A stretch of DNA of 34,123 bases from the IMG/VR virus record IMGVR_UViG_2541047783_000004. One strand, 5' to 3'. The position numbers and the translations under genes are program-made. Of this stretch, positions 7,990 through 17,254 are shown in pieces. Under the pieces are notes generated by a model that was given only the letters and a program-made list of their open reading frames with translations, was not told the origin of the DNA and did not search any database. How positions within the stretch are numbered: the first letter of the stretch is position 1; each line of letters starts with the position of its first letter. Source of the DNA: a virus. Taxonomy: Duplodnaviria; Heunggongvirae; Uroviricota; Caudoviricetes.

Positions 7990-10209
7990 CTAAGCGGTAA
8001 CGGTTTCCTCTTCCTCTTCGTCCATCATTTTCAAATAATGTTTTTCATCACCAGTCATACGAAAAATGGTTTTTAGTTGCTCCATATATTTCTCTGGAGA
8101 TATATCTCCCATGTCTGTGATATTAACTGCATCTGAATGGGAACCTCTATTAATGTATCTATAAAATGCTCTAAAATCATTATTCTTATCATCGCTAGCA
8201 AGTTTATTTAACTCTGTCTGTAATGCATCCGTTCTATGAACAAATGCGAAGTAGTATTCCAGTATATTTCTCATGATGTTAGGTATTATGACTTTATTTA
8301 CCCTTCCATCCTTCGCATCTTTTAATACTTGCCATAGGGACTGGTATTCATTCTGAATGCTCTTTTTCTCTATTTCTGTAATTATGCTATATTCATTTTT
8401 TGTTACTCGTCCAAGATAATAATCACGCTTGAATGTTCTATCTTCTTTGCTTCTAGGAGCTAATTTGATAAGTTCATGAAAGAAATAAAGGTTATGTGTG
8501 AGTATTAATGTTTTCTTTACTGCTTTGTTATTGTTGATTATTTCATGGTGAATTATTGAAGCAATATCGTACACATAATTTTGAGAGAGGCTGGATATTG
8601 GATCATCAATAACGATAAATACATCTCGCATATCCGTATCATTCTTATCTGTCTTACCTTTACAGCATTCCAGAAAGTAGAGAAAGGTAATTAAAGTTTT
8701 TTCACCCTCGCTAAGAGATCTGTATACATCTTTATCTGTTGTGTTTTCAGAACGTGATATAATATATTTATCATTGCTCTCAGTGTGTTTTTTTATGCTA
8801 AAACCATAAATTCCTAATAATTTTAGACGTTGATTTATAGAATCTATGGTTGCATCAATGTTAGATATTTGATCGCGTAGCTCTTTGATCTTTTTGCTAT
8901 TGTTATCTCCTTGTTCTTTTATGGTATTTAATTCAAGTTGATATTGTTCATAAATGATTTTATAGTCATTCTCATATTTTGAGAAAGCTTCAAACTCAGC
9001 GTTGCATAATTCTCTTATTGCTCCCCATATTTTGTAACGTATAGACTTTTCACTATCCTTAAATTGTTTGACTTTAATATTTATTTCTTTAATTCTATTG
9101 TTGTACTCTGCTATATTATCAACTACCTTTGCTTCAAGGTCGCTATTGGATTCCAAAATAATAGATATAGATGGGTTATTGATTTTATCTAACATCAATT
9201 TTAAGTTTTTGTTTGCTATTTCCTCTAATAACGCTATATGAGATGATGTTATATCTTTTTCTTTTGAGGTGATTAATTCACAAGATGAAATCTCTTGTTT
9301 TATTTTTCTTAAATTATCTATGGTAGCGGATTCATAAGACGATCTGATAATGCGTATTTGGTCAACTTTCTTGGAGTAGCTATCATCAAAGATAGATTCA
9401 ATTGCTTCTAAAAATTTGTCTTTAATAGTGTCTTCTTGGCAGAATGGGCAACATGTGCCATTTAAATATAATTCCTTCCCTTTTTTCACCCAGTCAAGGT
9501 TTTGAAGTTGTTTAATTGTTTCTGACAAATAGCTATTACTTGAGTCTATAATCGGAGTGGATAAAGATTCTTTATCTTTTTCTGAAATGATATATTTTTC
9601 TAAAGGTGTAATTGATGCAGTGAATTTATCTTTGTTCTTTAAAAGAATACTATATTCTTGAGCAAGTGACTCGATGTTAACGTCAGTGGTTTGAGGGGCT
9701 TTTTTAACTTGCTCATAAAATGATCTCTTGCTTCCTAACTGACCTTTCATCAAGTTCTTTAAGTCAGATGATCTAAAAGGTTCTGCTTTATTCCATATTA
9801 AATCAATATATTCATTTTCTTTATTGTTTTTATCTTTAATTAAACGCTCAATAACGTTTTTTTTATCTTTGTATTTTGTAAGTAGGTCTTGTCTTATAGC
9901 TTCTTTTTCCAACAATTCTTTTTCAATGTCAGCATTTTCCTTACTTAAAGTGAATACTCCTTTTTGCTCTTTTGCATTATAAAAATTATCCTCAACAAAC
10001 TTAGTATTATAAACCAATAGGCGAAAAGTATCTATGAAAGGACATTCGCATTCTTTGTAGTCCGTGTTATTTGGATTATAGAAATAATTAGATATGGTTG
10101 ATTTTCCACAACCGTTGTGACCATAAAGTATATTAATTTTTTTTGAGAGATTAAGAGTCGTGAAGCTATCTTTCTTATAGCTGGTTATATTCTTTAATTT
10201 AAGTTCCAT
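7990..10209 (-). CDS. Hotspot cargo: 739-aa ABC-type ATPase with a CxxC-containing central insert and a putative C-terminal anticodon-nuclease domain (RloC/PrrC-like, AAA_13-type); candidate anti-phage abortive-infection protein
   Basis: Walker A GHNGCGKST near the N-terminus; a long K/E/N/I-rich insert containing NGTCCPFCQ (CxxC); signature-like LSEGEKTLITFLYFL; Walker B VFIVIDDPISS; H-loop-like LILTHN; C-terminal MRNILE...INRGSH giving R-x3-E and a downstream His; very AT-rich relative to the flanking phage genes; occupies the P2 tin/old position. Confidence 0.55.
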   Translation of the reverse strand: MELKLKNITSYKKDSFTTLNLSKKINILYGHNGCGKSTISNYFYNPNNTDYKECECPFIDTFRLLVYNTKFVEDNFYNAKEQKGVFTLSKENADIEKELLEKEAIRQDLLTKYKDKKNVIERLIKDKNNKENEYIDLIWNKAEPFRSSDLKNLMKGQLGSKRSFYEQVKKAPQTTDVNIESLAQEYSILLKNKDKFTASITPLEKYIISEKDKESLSTPIIDSSNSYLSETIKQLQNLDWVKKGKELYLNGTCCPFCQEDTIKDKFLEAIESIFDDSYSKKVDQIRIIRSSYESATIDNLRKIKQEISSCELITSKEKDITSSHIALLEEIANKNLKLMLDKINNPSISIILESNSDLEAKVVDNIAEYNNRIKEINIKVKQFKDSEKSIRYKIWGAIRELCNAEFEAFSKYENDYKIIYEQYQLELNTIKEQGDNNSKKIKELRDQISNIDATIDSINQRLKLLGIYGFSIKKHTESNDKYIISRSENTTDKDVYRSLSEGEKTLITFLYFLECCKGKTDKNDTDMRDVFIVIDDPISSLSQNYVYDIASIIHHEIINNNKAVKKTLILTHNLYFFHELIKLAPRSKEDRTFKRDYYLGRVTKNEYSIITEIEKKSIQNEYQSLWQVLKDAKDGRVNKVIIPNIMRNILEYYFAFVHRTDALQTELNKLASDDKNNDFRAFYRYINRGSHSDAVNITDMGDISPEKYMEQLKTIFRMTGDEKHYLKMMDEEEEETVTA

Positions 10210-10538
10210 TTAAAACCTCATCATTGCCAATGATATTGTATAAATATTTAAGCTGTTTAACATGAATTATTTTGCTAAACGATAAAGATCTACCTCAGAA
10301 GTTTACTTTGTTCAAGCAAAATCTTTTGTTCTAAGAGATATAAAAATTTTTATTAATAGTTTGATTTTTGTTCATGGGATTTCCTTTTTTTATGTTTTTA
10401 CAAAGTAATAACTATGCATGTATCAGGTGCATGGTTTTGCATGTGTCAAAGTTATGCGTCCTCATTGCTTTACGTCACAGCTAGCGAGGATTCAACGTAC
10501 TCATGCAACTGCATTAAAACCGCCCCATGAAGCGGGCG

Positions 10539-10557
10539 GGCGAGGCGGGGAAAGCAC
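10539..10557. other. cos cohesive-end sequence GGCGAGGCGGGGAAAGCAC (P2/186-type 19-nt cos)
   Basis: Exact 19-mer as I recall it for P2 cos, about 170 bp outside the Q gene end, the expected position. Confidence 0.6.
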
Positions 10558-10698
10558 TGCGCGCTGGCGGTGGTGCTGATTTTATTTTTTCAGCGTCTCA
10601 GCGCGTCGTGACGGCGCTTAGTCTGTCCGTTGGGCGTTGGTTTGCCTGCGGGCTGTTTTGTGCGGTGGTGAGTGTGTGAGGGCGTGATGACGGGATGT

Positions 10699-10720
10699 AA
10701 AAAAGCCGCCCGCAGGCGGC
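10699..10720 (-). terminator. Putative rho-independent terminator after Q (minus strand)
   Basis: Minus-strand GCCGCC-TGCG-GGCGGC hairpin followed by TTTTTT, just downstream of the Q stop. Confidence 0.5.
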
Positions 10721-10725
10721 GATGT

Positions 10726-11760
10726 TCAGCCGTTGTCAGTGTCCAGTGAGTAGTTTTTAAAGCGGATGACCTCCTGACCGAGCCAGCCGTTTATCTCGCG
10801 GATCCTGTCCTGTAGCGGGATAAGCTCATTGCGGACAAAGACCTTTGCCACTTTCTCAATATCTCCCAGTGACCCGACGTTCTCCGGCTTGCCGCCCATC
10901 AACTGAAAGGGGATGCGGTGCGCGTCCAGCAGGTCAGCGGCGCTGGCTTTTTTGATATTAAAAAAATCGTCCTTCGTTGCCACTTCACTGAGCGGGATAA
11001 TTTTAATGCCGTCAGCTTTCCCCTGCGGGGCATAGAGAAACAGATTTTTAAAGTTGTTGCGGCCTTTCGACTTAACCATGTTTTCGCGAAGCATTTCGAT
11101 ATCGTTGCGATCCTGCACGGCATCGGTGACGTACATGATGTATCCGGCATGAGCGCCATTTTCGTAATACTTTCGGCGGAACAGCGTGGCCGACTCATTC
11201 AGCCAGGCAGAATTAAGGGCGCTGAGATATTCCGGCAGGCCGTACAACTCCTGATTAATATCCGGCTCCAGCAGGTGAAACACGGAGCCGGGCGTGAAGG
11301 CTGTCGGCTCGTTGAAGGACGGCACCCACCAGTAAACATCCTCCTCCACGCCACGGCGGGTATATTTTGCCGGTGAGGTTTCCAGTCTGATGACCTTACC
11401 GGTGGTGCTGTAACGCTTTTCCAGAAACGCATTACCGAAAACCAGAAAATCCAGCACAAAGCGGCTGAAATCCTGCTGGGAAAGCCACGGATGCGGGATA
11501 AATGTCGAGGCCAGAATATTGCGTTTAACGTAAATCGGTGAGCTGTGATGCACGGCAGCACGCAGGCTTTTTGCCAGACCGGTAAAGCTGACCGGTGGCT
11601 CATACCATCTGCCGTTACTGATGCACTCGACGTAATCCAGAATGTCACGGCGGTCGAGTACCGGCACCGGCTCACCAAAGGTGAATGCCTCCATTTTCGG
11701 TGCGCTGGGGGTCATTTTTTTTGCCGCAGGTTGCGGTGTTTTCCCTTTTTTCTTGCTCAT
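10726..11760 (-). CDS. Q: Portal protein Q, 344 aa
   Basis: Translation MSKKKGKTPQPAAKKMTPSAPKMEAFTFGEPVPVLDRRDILDY... matches P2 gpQ. Confidence 0.93.
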   Translation of the reverse strand: MSKKKGKTPQPAAKKMTPSAPKMEAFTFGEPVPVLDRRDILDYVECISNGRWYEPPVSFTGLAKSLRAAVHHSSPIYVKRNILASTFIPHPWLSQQDFSRFVLDFLVFGNAFLEKRYSTTGKVIRLETSPAKYTRRGVEEDVYWWVPSFNEPTAFTPGSVFHLLEPDINQELYGLPEYLSALNSAWLNESATLFRRKYYENGAHAGYIMYVTDAVQDRNDIEMLRENMVKSKGRNNFKNLFLYAPQGKADGIKIIPLSEVATKDDFFNIKKASAADLLDAHRIPFQLMGGKPENVGSLGDIEKVAKVFVRNELIPLQDRIREINGWLGQEVIRFKNYSLDTDNG

Positions 11761-13532
11761 CAGTAAAACTCCAGAATGGTGGATGTCAGCGGGGTGCTGA
11801 TACCGGCGGTGAGTGGCTCATTTAACAGGGCGTGCATGGTCGCCCAGGCGAGGTCGGCATGGCTGGCTTCCTCGCTGCGGCTGGCCTCATAGGTGGCGCT
11901 GCGTCCGCTGCTGGTCATGGTCTTGCGGATAGCCATAAACGAGCTGGTGATGTCGGTGGCGCTGACGTCATATTCCAGACAGCCACGGCGAATAACGTCT
12001 TTTGCCTTGAGCACCATTGCGGTTTTCATTTCCGGCGTGTAGCGGATATCGCGCGCGGCGGGATAGAACGAGCGAACGAGCTGAAACACGCCGACACCGA
12101 GGCCGGTGGCATCAATTCCGATGTATTCGACGTTGTATTTTTCGGTGAGTTTGCGGATGGATTCAGCCTGGGTGGCAAAGTCCATGCCTTTCCACTGGTG
12201 ACGCTCAAGTATTCTGAATTTGCCACCGGCCACCACCGGCGGTGCCAGTACCACGCATCCGGCACTGTCGCCACGGTGTGACGGGTCGTAACCAATCCAT
12301 ACCGGGCGGGAGCCGAACGGATTTGCGGCAAACGGCGCGTAGTCTTCCCATTCTTCCAGCGTGTCGACCATGCAGCGTTGCAGCTCCTCGAACGGGAACA
12401 CTGACGCCTTGTCGTCAACAAATTCACACATGAACAGGTTTTTAAAATCGTCGGCGCTGTTTTCGCGTTTGAGCTGCTCAATGTCGAACAGCGTGCAGCC
12501 GCCTTTCAGCGCGTCCTCAATGGTGACAATCTGCCGCCACTGGCCGTCTGCACAGAGAAGCCCACCGGCAAGGGCGTTATGACTGACGTCGATTTCCACG
12601 CGTTCGGCGGCGCTGGCGCGTCCCCGGTTGAACAGTTCACCCGACCAGAACGGGTAGGCGTCGTGCGCCAGCGTGGACGGGGTGGAGAAATAGGTCGAAC
12701 GCAGGTGACTCTGTGAGGCCATACCTGATGCCACCTTACGCAGTACCTGAAAATTCGGGATCCAGAAAATCTCGTCGACGTACAGGTCGCCGTTATGGCT
12801 CTGCGCGGTGTTGGAGTTGGTGCCGAGAAAAATCAGTTTTGCGCCGTTATTGCCCAGGACAATCGGGTCACCGGTCAGGTCAACGTCAACCAGCCGGGCA
12901 AAGGCGATGATGTATTCGCGGAACACATACGCCTGCGTTTTACTGGCCGACAGAAAAATCTGGTTATGACCGGTTTTCAGGGCGCGCAGCAGCGCCTCGC
13001 GGGAAAAATAAAACGTCGCGCCAATCTGGCGGGATTTCAGGATATCGCGGATGCGGTGCTCAAGCCCGGCGCGATACCAGTGCAACTGATATTCGAAAGA
13101 CTGCTCAAAGAAAATCTGCTCCAGCTTTTCGATGGCCTCGTCACTGAAAAAATTCTTTTTCGGTTTGCGACGCCCGCCTTTGTTGCGGTTAGCGACGTTC
13201 GGATTAAGGTCTGCCTCGTTGCCGGTCTCACTGTAACGGTTGACCCGTGCCAGTCGTTCAATCTGGCGTCCGAGCAGGTCAATTTCCTTGAAGTCACCGC
13301 CGGTTTTCTGCGGTTTGATGATGAGCTGGGTCAGCCGCGCTTCCAGACTCATTTCGACACGGCTGATGGGGGCAACGCTGTCCCAGCCGTCGCGCTGTTT
13401 CCAGCTCTGCACCGTCGGGCGTTTCATCTGCAACATGGCGGCAATCTGCGGCACGGAAAATCCCTGCCAGTACAGCAGCGCCGCCTGACGACGCGGGTCG
13501 TGTAAAAGAGTGGTGTCTGTGGTGATGGTCAT
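11760..13532 (-). CDS. P: Terminase ATPase (large) subunit P, 590 aa
   Basis: Internal ATG (complement of 13530..13532); translation MTITTDTTLLHDPRRQAALLYWQGFSVPQIAAMLQ... matches P2 gpP; TGATG overlap with Q. Confidence 0.92.
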   Translation of the reverse strand: MTITTDTTLLHDPRRQAALLYWQGFSVPQIAAMLQMKRPTVQSWKQRDGWDSVAPISRVEMSLEARLTQLIIKPQKTGGDFKEIDLLGRQIERLARVNRYSETGNEADLNPNVANRNKGGRRKPKKNFFSDEAIEKLEQIFFEQSFEYQLHWYRAGLEHRIRDILKSRQIGATFYFSREALLRALKTGHNQIFLSASKTQAYVFREYIIAFARLVDVDLTGDPIVLGNNGAKLIFLGTNSNTAQSHNGDLYVDEIFWIPNFQVLRKVASGMASQSHLRSTYFSTPSTLAHDAYPFWSGELFNRGRASAAERVEIDVSHNALAGGLLCADGQWRQIVTIEDALKGGCTLFDIEQLKRENSADDFKNLFMCEFVDDKASVFPFEELQRCMVDTLEEWEDYAPFAANPFGSRPVWIGYDPSHRGDSAGCVVLAPPVVAGGKFRILERHQWKGMDFATQAESIRKLTEKYNVEYIGIDATGLGVGVFQLVRSFYPAARDIRYTPEMKTAMVLKAKDVIRRGCLEYDVSATDITSSFMAIRKTMTSSGRSATYEASRSEEASHADLAWATMHALLNEPLTAGISTPLTSTILEFY

Positions 13533-13705
13533 GAATACCTCGCCGTGATGAATACACGGCAAGGCTACTGAGTCGCGCCCCGCGATTCGCTAAGGTGCTG
13601 TTGTGTCAGTGATAAGCCATCCGGGACTGATGGCGGAGGATGCGCATCGTCGGGAAACTGATGCCGACATGTGACTCCTCTAATCACTATTCAGGACTCC
13701 TGACA
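13533..13705. promoter_or_regulatory. Divergent late promoter region between P and O (expected Ogr-dependent promoters)
   Basis: Intergenic between divergently transcribed P and O, the conserved P2 arrangement; imperfect palindrome GCCGTGATGAATACACGGC at 13551..13569; exact promoter elements not resolved. Confidence 0.4.
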
Positions 13706-14560
13706 ATGGCAAAAAAAGTCTCAAAATTCTTTCGTATCGGCGTTGAGGGTGACACCTGTGACGGGCGTGTCATCAGTGCGCAGGATATTCAGGAAATGGC
13801 CGAAACCTTTGACCCGCGAGTCTATGGTTGCCGCATTAACCTGGAACATCTGCGTGGCATCCTGCCTGACGGTATTTTTAAGCGTTATGGCGATGTGGCC
13901 GAACTGAAGGCCGAAAAGATTGACGACGATTCGGCGCTGAAAGGCAAATGGGCGCTGTTTGCGAAAATCACCCCGACCGATGACCTTATCGCGATGAACA
14001 AGGCCGCGCAGAAGGTCTACACCTCAATGGAAATTCAGCCGAACTTTGCCAATACCGGCAAATGTTATCTGGTGGGGCTGGCCGTCACCGATGACCCGGC
14101 AAGCCTCGGCACGGAATACCTGGAATTCTGCCGCACGGCAAAACACAACCCCCTGAACCGCTTCAAATTAAGCCCTGAAAACCTGATTTCAGTGGCAACG
14201 CCTGTTGAGCTGGAATTTGAAGACCTGCCTGAAACCGTGTTCACCGCCCTGACCGAAAAGGTGAAATCCATTTTTGGCCGCAAACAGGCCAGCGATGATG
14301 CCCGTCTGAATGATGTGCATGAAGCGGTGACCGCTGTTGCTGAACATGTGCAGGAAAAACTGAGCGCCACTGAGCAGCGCCTCGCTGAGATGGAAACCGC
14401 CTTTTCCGCACTTAAGCAGGATGTGACTGACAGGGCGGATGAAACCAGCCAGGCATTCACCCGCCTGAAAAACAGTCTCGACAGCACCGAAAGTCTGACC
14501 CAGCAGCGCCGCAGTAAAGCCACCGGCGGTGGCGGTGATGCCCTGCTGACGAACTGCTGA
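13706..14560 (+). CDS. O: Capsid scaffolding protein O, 284 aa
   Basis: Internal ATG at 13706; translation MAKKVSKFFRIGVEGDTCDGRVISAQDIQEMAETFDPRVYG... matches P2 gpO. Confidence 0.92.
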   Translation: MAKKVSKFFRIGVEGDTCDGRVISAQDIQEMAETFDPRVYGCRINLEHLRGILPDGIFKRYGDVAELKAEKIDDDSALKGKWALFAKITPTDDLIAMNKAAQKVYTSMEIQPNFANTGKCYLVGLAVTDDPASLGTEYLEFCRTAKHNPLNRFKLSPENLISVATPVELEFEDLPETVFTALTEKVKSIFGRKQASDDARLNDVHEAVTAVAEHVQEKLSATEQRLAEMETAFSALKQDVTDRADETSQAFTRLKNSLDSTESLTQQRRSKATGGGGDALLTNC

Positions 14561-14618
14561 CCGGCGTCAGTCAGTCCGGGAAAACCTTCACGATTAACCC
14601 TTAATTTCAGGAAAAACT

Positions 14619-15692
14619 ATGCGCCAGGAAACCCGCTTTAAATTTAATGCTTACCTGTCCCGTGTTGCCGAACTGAACGGCATCGACGCCGGTGATGTGT
14701 CGAAAAAATTCACCGTTGAACCGTCGGTCACCCAGACCCTGATGAACACCATGCAGGAGTCCTCTGACTTTCTGACCCGCATCAACATTGTGCCGGTCAG
14801 CGAAATGAAAGGGGAAAAAATTGGCATCGGTGTCACCGGCTCCATCGCCAGCACCACCGACACCGCCGGTGGCACCGAGCGTCAGCCGAAGGACTTCTCG
14901 AAGCTGGCGTCTAACAAGTACGAATGCGACCAGATTAACTTCGATTTTTATATCCGCTACAAAACGCTGGACCTGTGGGCGCGTTATCAGGATTTCCAGC
15001 TCCGTATCCGTAACGCCATTATCAAACGCCAGTCCCTTGATTTCATCATGGCCGGTTTTAACGGCGTGAAGCGTGCCGAAACCTCTGACCGCAGCAGCAA
15101 TCCGATGCTGCAGGATGTGGCGGTCGGCTGGCTGCAGAAATACCGCAATGAAGCACCGGCGCGCGTGATGAGCAAGGTCACTGACGAGGAAGGGCACACC
15201 ACCTCTGAGGTCATCCGCGTGGGTAAGGGCGGTGATTATGCCAGCCTCGATGCACTGGTGATGGATGCGACCAACAACCTGATTGAGCCGTGGTATCAGG
15301 AAGACCCTGACCTTGTGGTGATTGTGGGGCGTCAGCTGCTGGCGGACAAATATTTCCCCATCGTCAACAAGGAGCAGGACAACAGCGAAATGCTGGCCGC
15401 TGACGTCATCATCAGCCAGAAACGCATCGGTAACCTGCCGGCGGTACGCGTCCCGTACTTCCCGGCGGATGCGATGCTCATCACGAAGCTGGAAAACCTG
15501 TCCATCTACTACATGGATGACAGCCATCGCCGCGTGATTGTGGAAAACCCGAAACTCGACCGCGTGGAGAACTACGAGTCAATGAACATTGATTACGTGG
15601 TGGAAGACTACGCCGCCGGTTGTCTGGTGGAAAAAATTAAGGTCGGTGATTTCTCCACACCGGCTAAGGCGACCGCAGAGCCGGGAGCGTAA
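14619..15692 (+). CDS. N: Major capsid protein N, 357 aa
   Basis: Translation MRQETRFKFNAYLSRVAELNGIDAGDVSKKFTVEPSVTQ... matches P2 gpN. Confidence 0.93.
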   Translation: MRQETRFKFNAYLSRVAELNGIDAGDVSKKFTVEPSVTQTLMNTMQESSDFLTRINIVPVSEMKGEKIGIGVTGSIASTTDTAGGTERQPKDFSKLASNKYECDQINFDFYIRYKTLDLWARYQDFQLRIRNAIIKRQSLDFIMAGFNGVKRAETSDRSSNPMLQDVAVGWLQKYRNEAPARVMSKVTDEEGHTTSEVIRVGKGGDYASLDALVMDATNNLIEPWYQEDPDLVVIVGRQLLADKYFPIVNKEQDNSEMLAADVIISQKRIGNLPAVRVPYFPADAMLITKLENLSIYYMDDSHRRVIVENPKLDRVENYESMNIDYVVEDYAAGCLVEKIKVGDFSTPAKATAEPGA

Positions 15693-15695
15693 CCG

Positions 15696-16439
15696 ATGAC
15701 GAGTCCCGCACAGCGCCACATGATGCGGGTCTCGGCAGCGATGACCGCGCAGCGGGAAGCCGCCCCGCTGCGACATGCAACTGTCTATGAGCAGATGCTG
15801 GTTAAGCTCGCCGCAGATCAGCGCACACTGAAAGCGATTTATTCAAAAGAGCTTAAGGCCGCGAAAAAACGCGAACTGCTGCCGTTCTGGTTGCCGTGGG
15901 TGAACGGCGTGCTGGAGCAGGGCAAAGGTGCACAGGATGACATTCTGATGACGGTCATGCTGTGGCGTCTGGATACCGGCGATATTGCCGGTGCGCTGGA
16001 GATTGCCCGTTATGCCCTGAAGTACGGTCTGACCATGCCGGGTAAACACCGCCGCACCCCGCCGTACATGTTCACCGAGGAGGTGGCGCTTGCGGCCATG
16101 CGCGCTCACGCTGCCGGTGAGTCTGTGGATCCCCGCCTGCTGACGGACACACTTGAACTTACCGCCACGGCTGACATGCCTGATGAAGTGCGCGCAAAGC
16201 TGCACAAAATCACCGGTCTGTTTCTGCGTGACGGTGGTGATGCCGCCGGTGCGCTGGCTCACCTGCAACGTGCGACACAGCTCGACTGTCAGGCAGGCGT
16301 CAAAAAAGAGATTGAACGACTGGAGCGGGAGCTGAAACCGAAGCCGGAGCCGCAGCCCAAAGCGGCCACCCGTACCCCGCGTAAGACCCGGAGCGTGACA
16401 CCGGCAAAACGTGGACGCCCGAAAAAGAAAGCCAGTTAA
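15696..16439 (+). CDS. M: Terminase small/endonuclease subunit M, 247 aa
   Basis: Translation MTSPAQRHMMRVSAAMTAQREAAPLRHATVYEQMLVKLAAD... matches P2 gpM. Confidence 0.92.
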   Translation: MTSPAQRHMMRVSAAMTAQREAAPLRHATVYEQMLVKLAADQRTLKAIYSKELKAAKKRELLPFWLPWVNGVLEQGKGAQDDILMTVMLWRLDTGDIAGALEIARYALKYGLTMPGKHRRTPPYMFTEEVALAAMRAHAAGESVDPRLLTDTLELTATADMPDEVRAKLHKITGLFLRDGGDAAGALAHLQRATQLDCQAGVKKEIERLERELKPKPEPQPKAATRTPRKTRSVTPAKRGRPKKKAS

Positions 16440-16538
16440 CAACCGAATGCGCCCCGCGCCAGGGCGGCACGCCGGTCTGTGAGGGTGAATCACCTGACGC
16501 TGTACCGGCGTCCACCGCCCGACTTTTCAGAGGTAGTC

Positions 16539-17048
16539 ATGATGACGCTGATTATTCCGCGAAAGGAGGCTCCCGTGTCCGGTGAGGGTACGGTGGTCAT
16601 CCCGCAACCGGCAGGCGACGAGCCGGTGATTAAAAACACGTTCTTTTTTCCCGATATCGACCCGAAGCGCGTCCGGGAACGTATGCGCCTTGAGCAGACC
16701 GTCGCCCCCGCCCGTCTGCGTGAGGCCATCAAGTCAGGCATGGCGGAGACGAATGCGGAGCTGTACGAGTACCGCGAACAGAAAATTGCCGCCGGTTTTA
16801 CGCGTCTGGCGGACGTTCCGGCGGACGACATCGACGGTGAAAGCATCAAAGTTTTTTACTACGAGCGCGCCGTGTGTGCGATGGCGACCGCGTCGCTTTA
16901 TGAGCGTTACCGCGGCGTGGATGCCAGTGCGAAAGGCGACAAGAAGGCCGACAGCATTGACAGCACCATTGATGAGCTGTGGCGGGATATGCGCTGGGCG
17001 GTGGCGCGTATCCAGGACAAGCCGCGCTGCATCGTGAGTCAAATCTGA
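16539..17048 (+). CDS. L: Head completion/stabilisation protein L, 169 aa
   Basis: Internal ATG at 16539; translation MMTLIIPRKEAPVSGEGTVVIPQPAGDEPVIKNTFFFPDIDPKRVRERMRLEQ... matches P2 gpL. Confidence 0.9.
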   Translation: MMTLIIPRKEAPVSGEGTVVIPQPAGDEPVIKNTFFFPDIDPKRVRERMRLEQTVAPARLREAIKSGMAETNAELYEYREQKIAAGFTRLADVPADDIDGESIKVFYYERAVCAMATASLYERYRGVDASAKGDKKADSIDSTIDELWRDMRWAVARIQDKPRCIVSQI

Positions 17049-17251
17049 TGAAGACCTTTGCGCTACAGGGCGACACGCTCGACGCCATTTGTGTCCGGTA
17101 TTACGGGCGCACTGAGGGCGTGGTTGAGACCGTGCTCGCCGCAAATCCGGGACTGGCTGAACTGGGCGCGATGCTGCCACACGGCACCGCCGTCGAACTG
17201 CCCGACGTTCAGACCGCGCCCGTAGCTGAAACTGTCAATCTGTGGGAGTAA
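17048..17251 (+). CDS. X: Tail protein X, 67 aa
   Basis: ATG at 17048 overlaps the L stop (TGATG); translation MKTFALQGDTLDAICVRYYGRTEGVVETVLAANPGLAELG... matches P2 gpX. Confidence 0.88.
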   Translation: MKTFALQGDTLDAICVRYYGRTEGVVETVLAANPGLAELGAMLPHGTAVELPDVQTAPVAETVNLWE

Positions 17252-17254
17252 CGC

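Noticed and set aside
7990-10209. Possibility that the hotspot gene is a P2 Old (OLD-family ATPase plus Toprim nuclease) homologue
   Set aside because: It sits at the old position and has an ABC ATPase, but it is larger than the P2 Old I recall, I could not see a Toprim-like E...DxD signature in the C-terminus, and the central CxxC plus R-x3-E...H pattern fits RloC/PrrC better; not fully excluded without an HMM search.
10899-13562. Many ORFs of 63 to 236 aa on both strands inside Q and P (for example 12795..13505 plus, 11199..11678 minus)
   Set aside because: Overlap the strongly supported portal and terminase genes; arise from GC-rich sequence with few stop codons; translations are Arg/Ala/Ser-rich and repetitive.
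14607-15527. 306-aa minus-strand ORF antisense to the major capsid gene N
   Set aside because: Complete overlap with N, which matches P2 gpN; the antisense translation is low-complexity.
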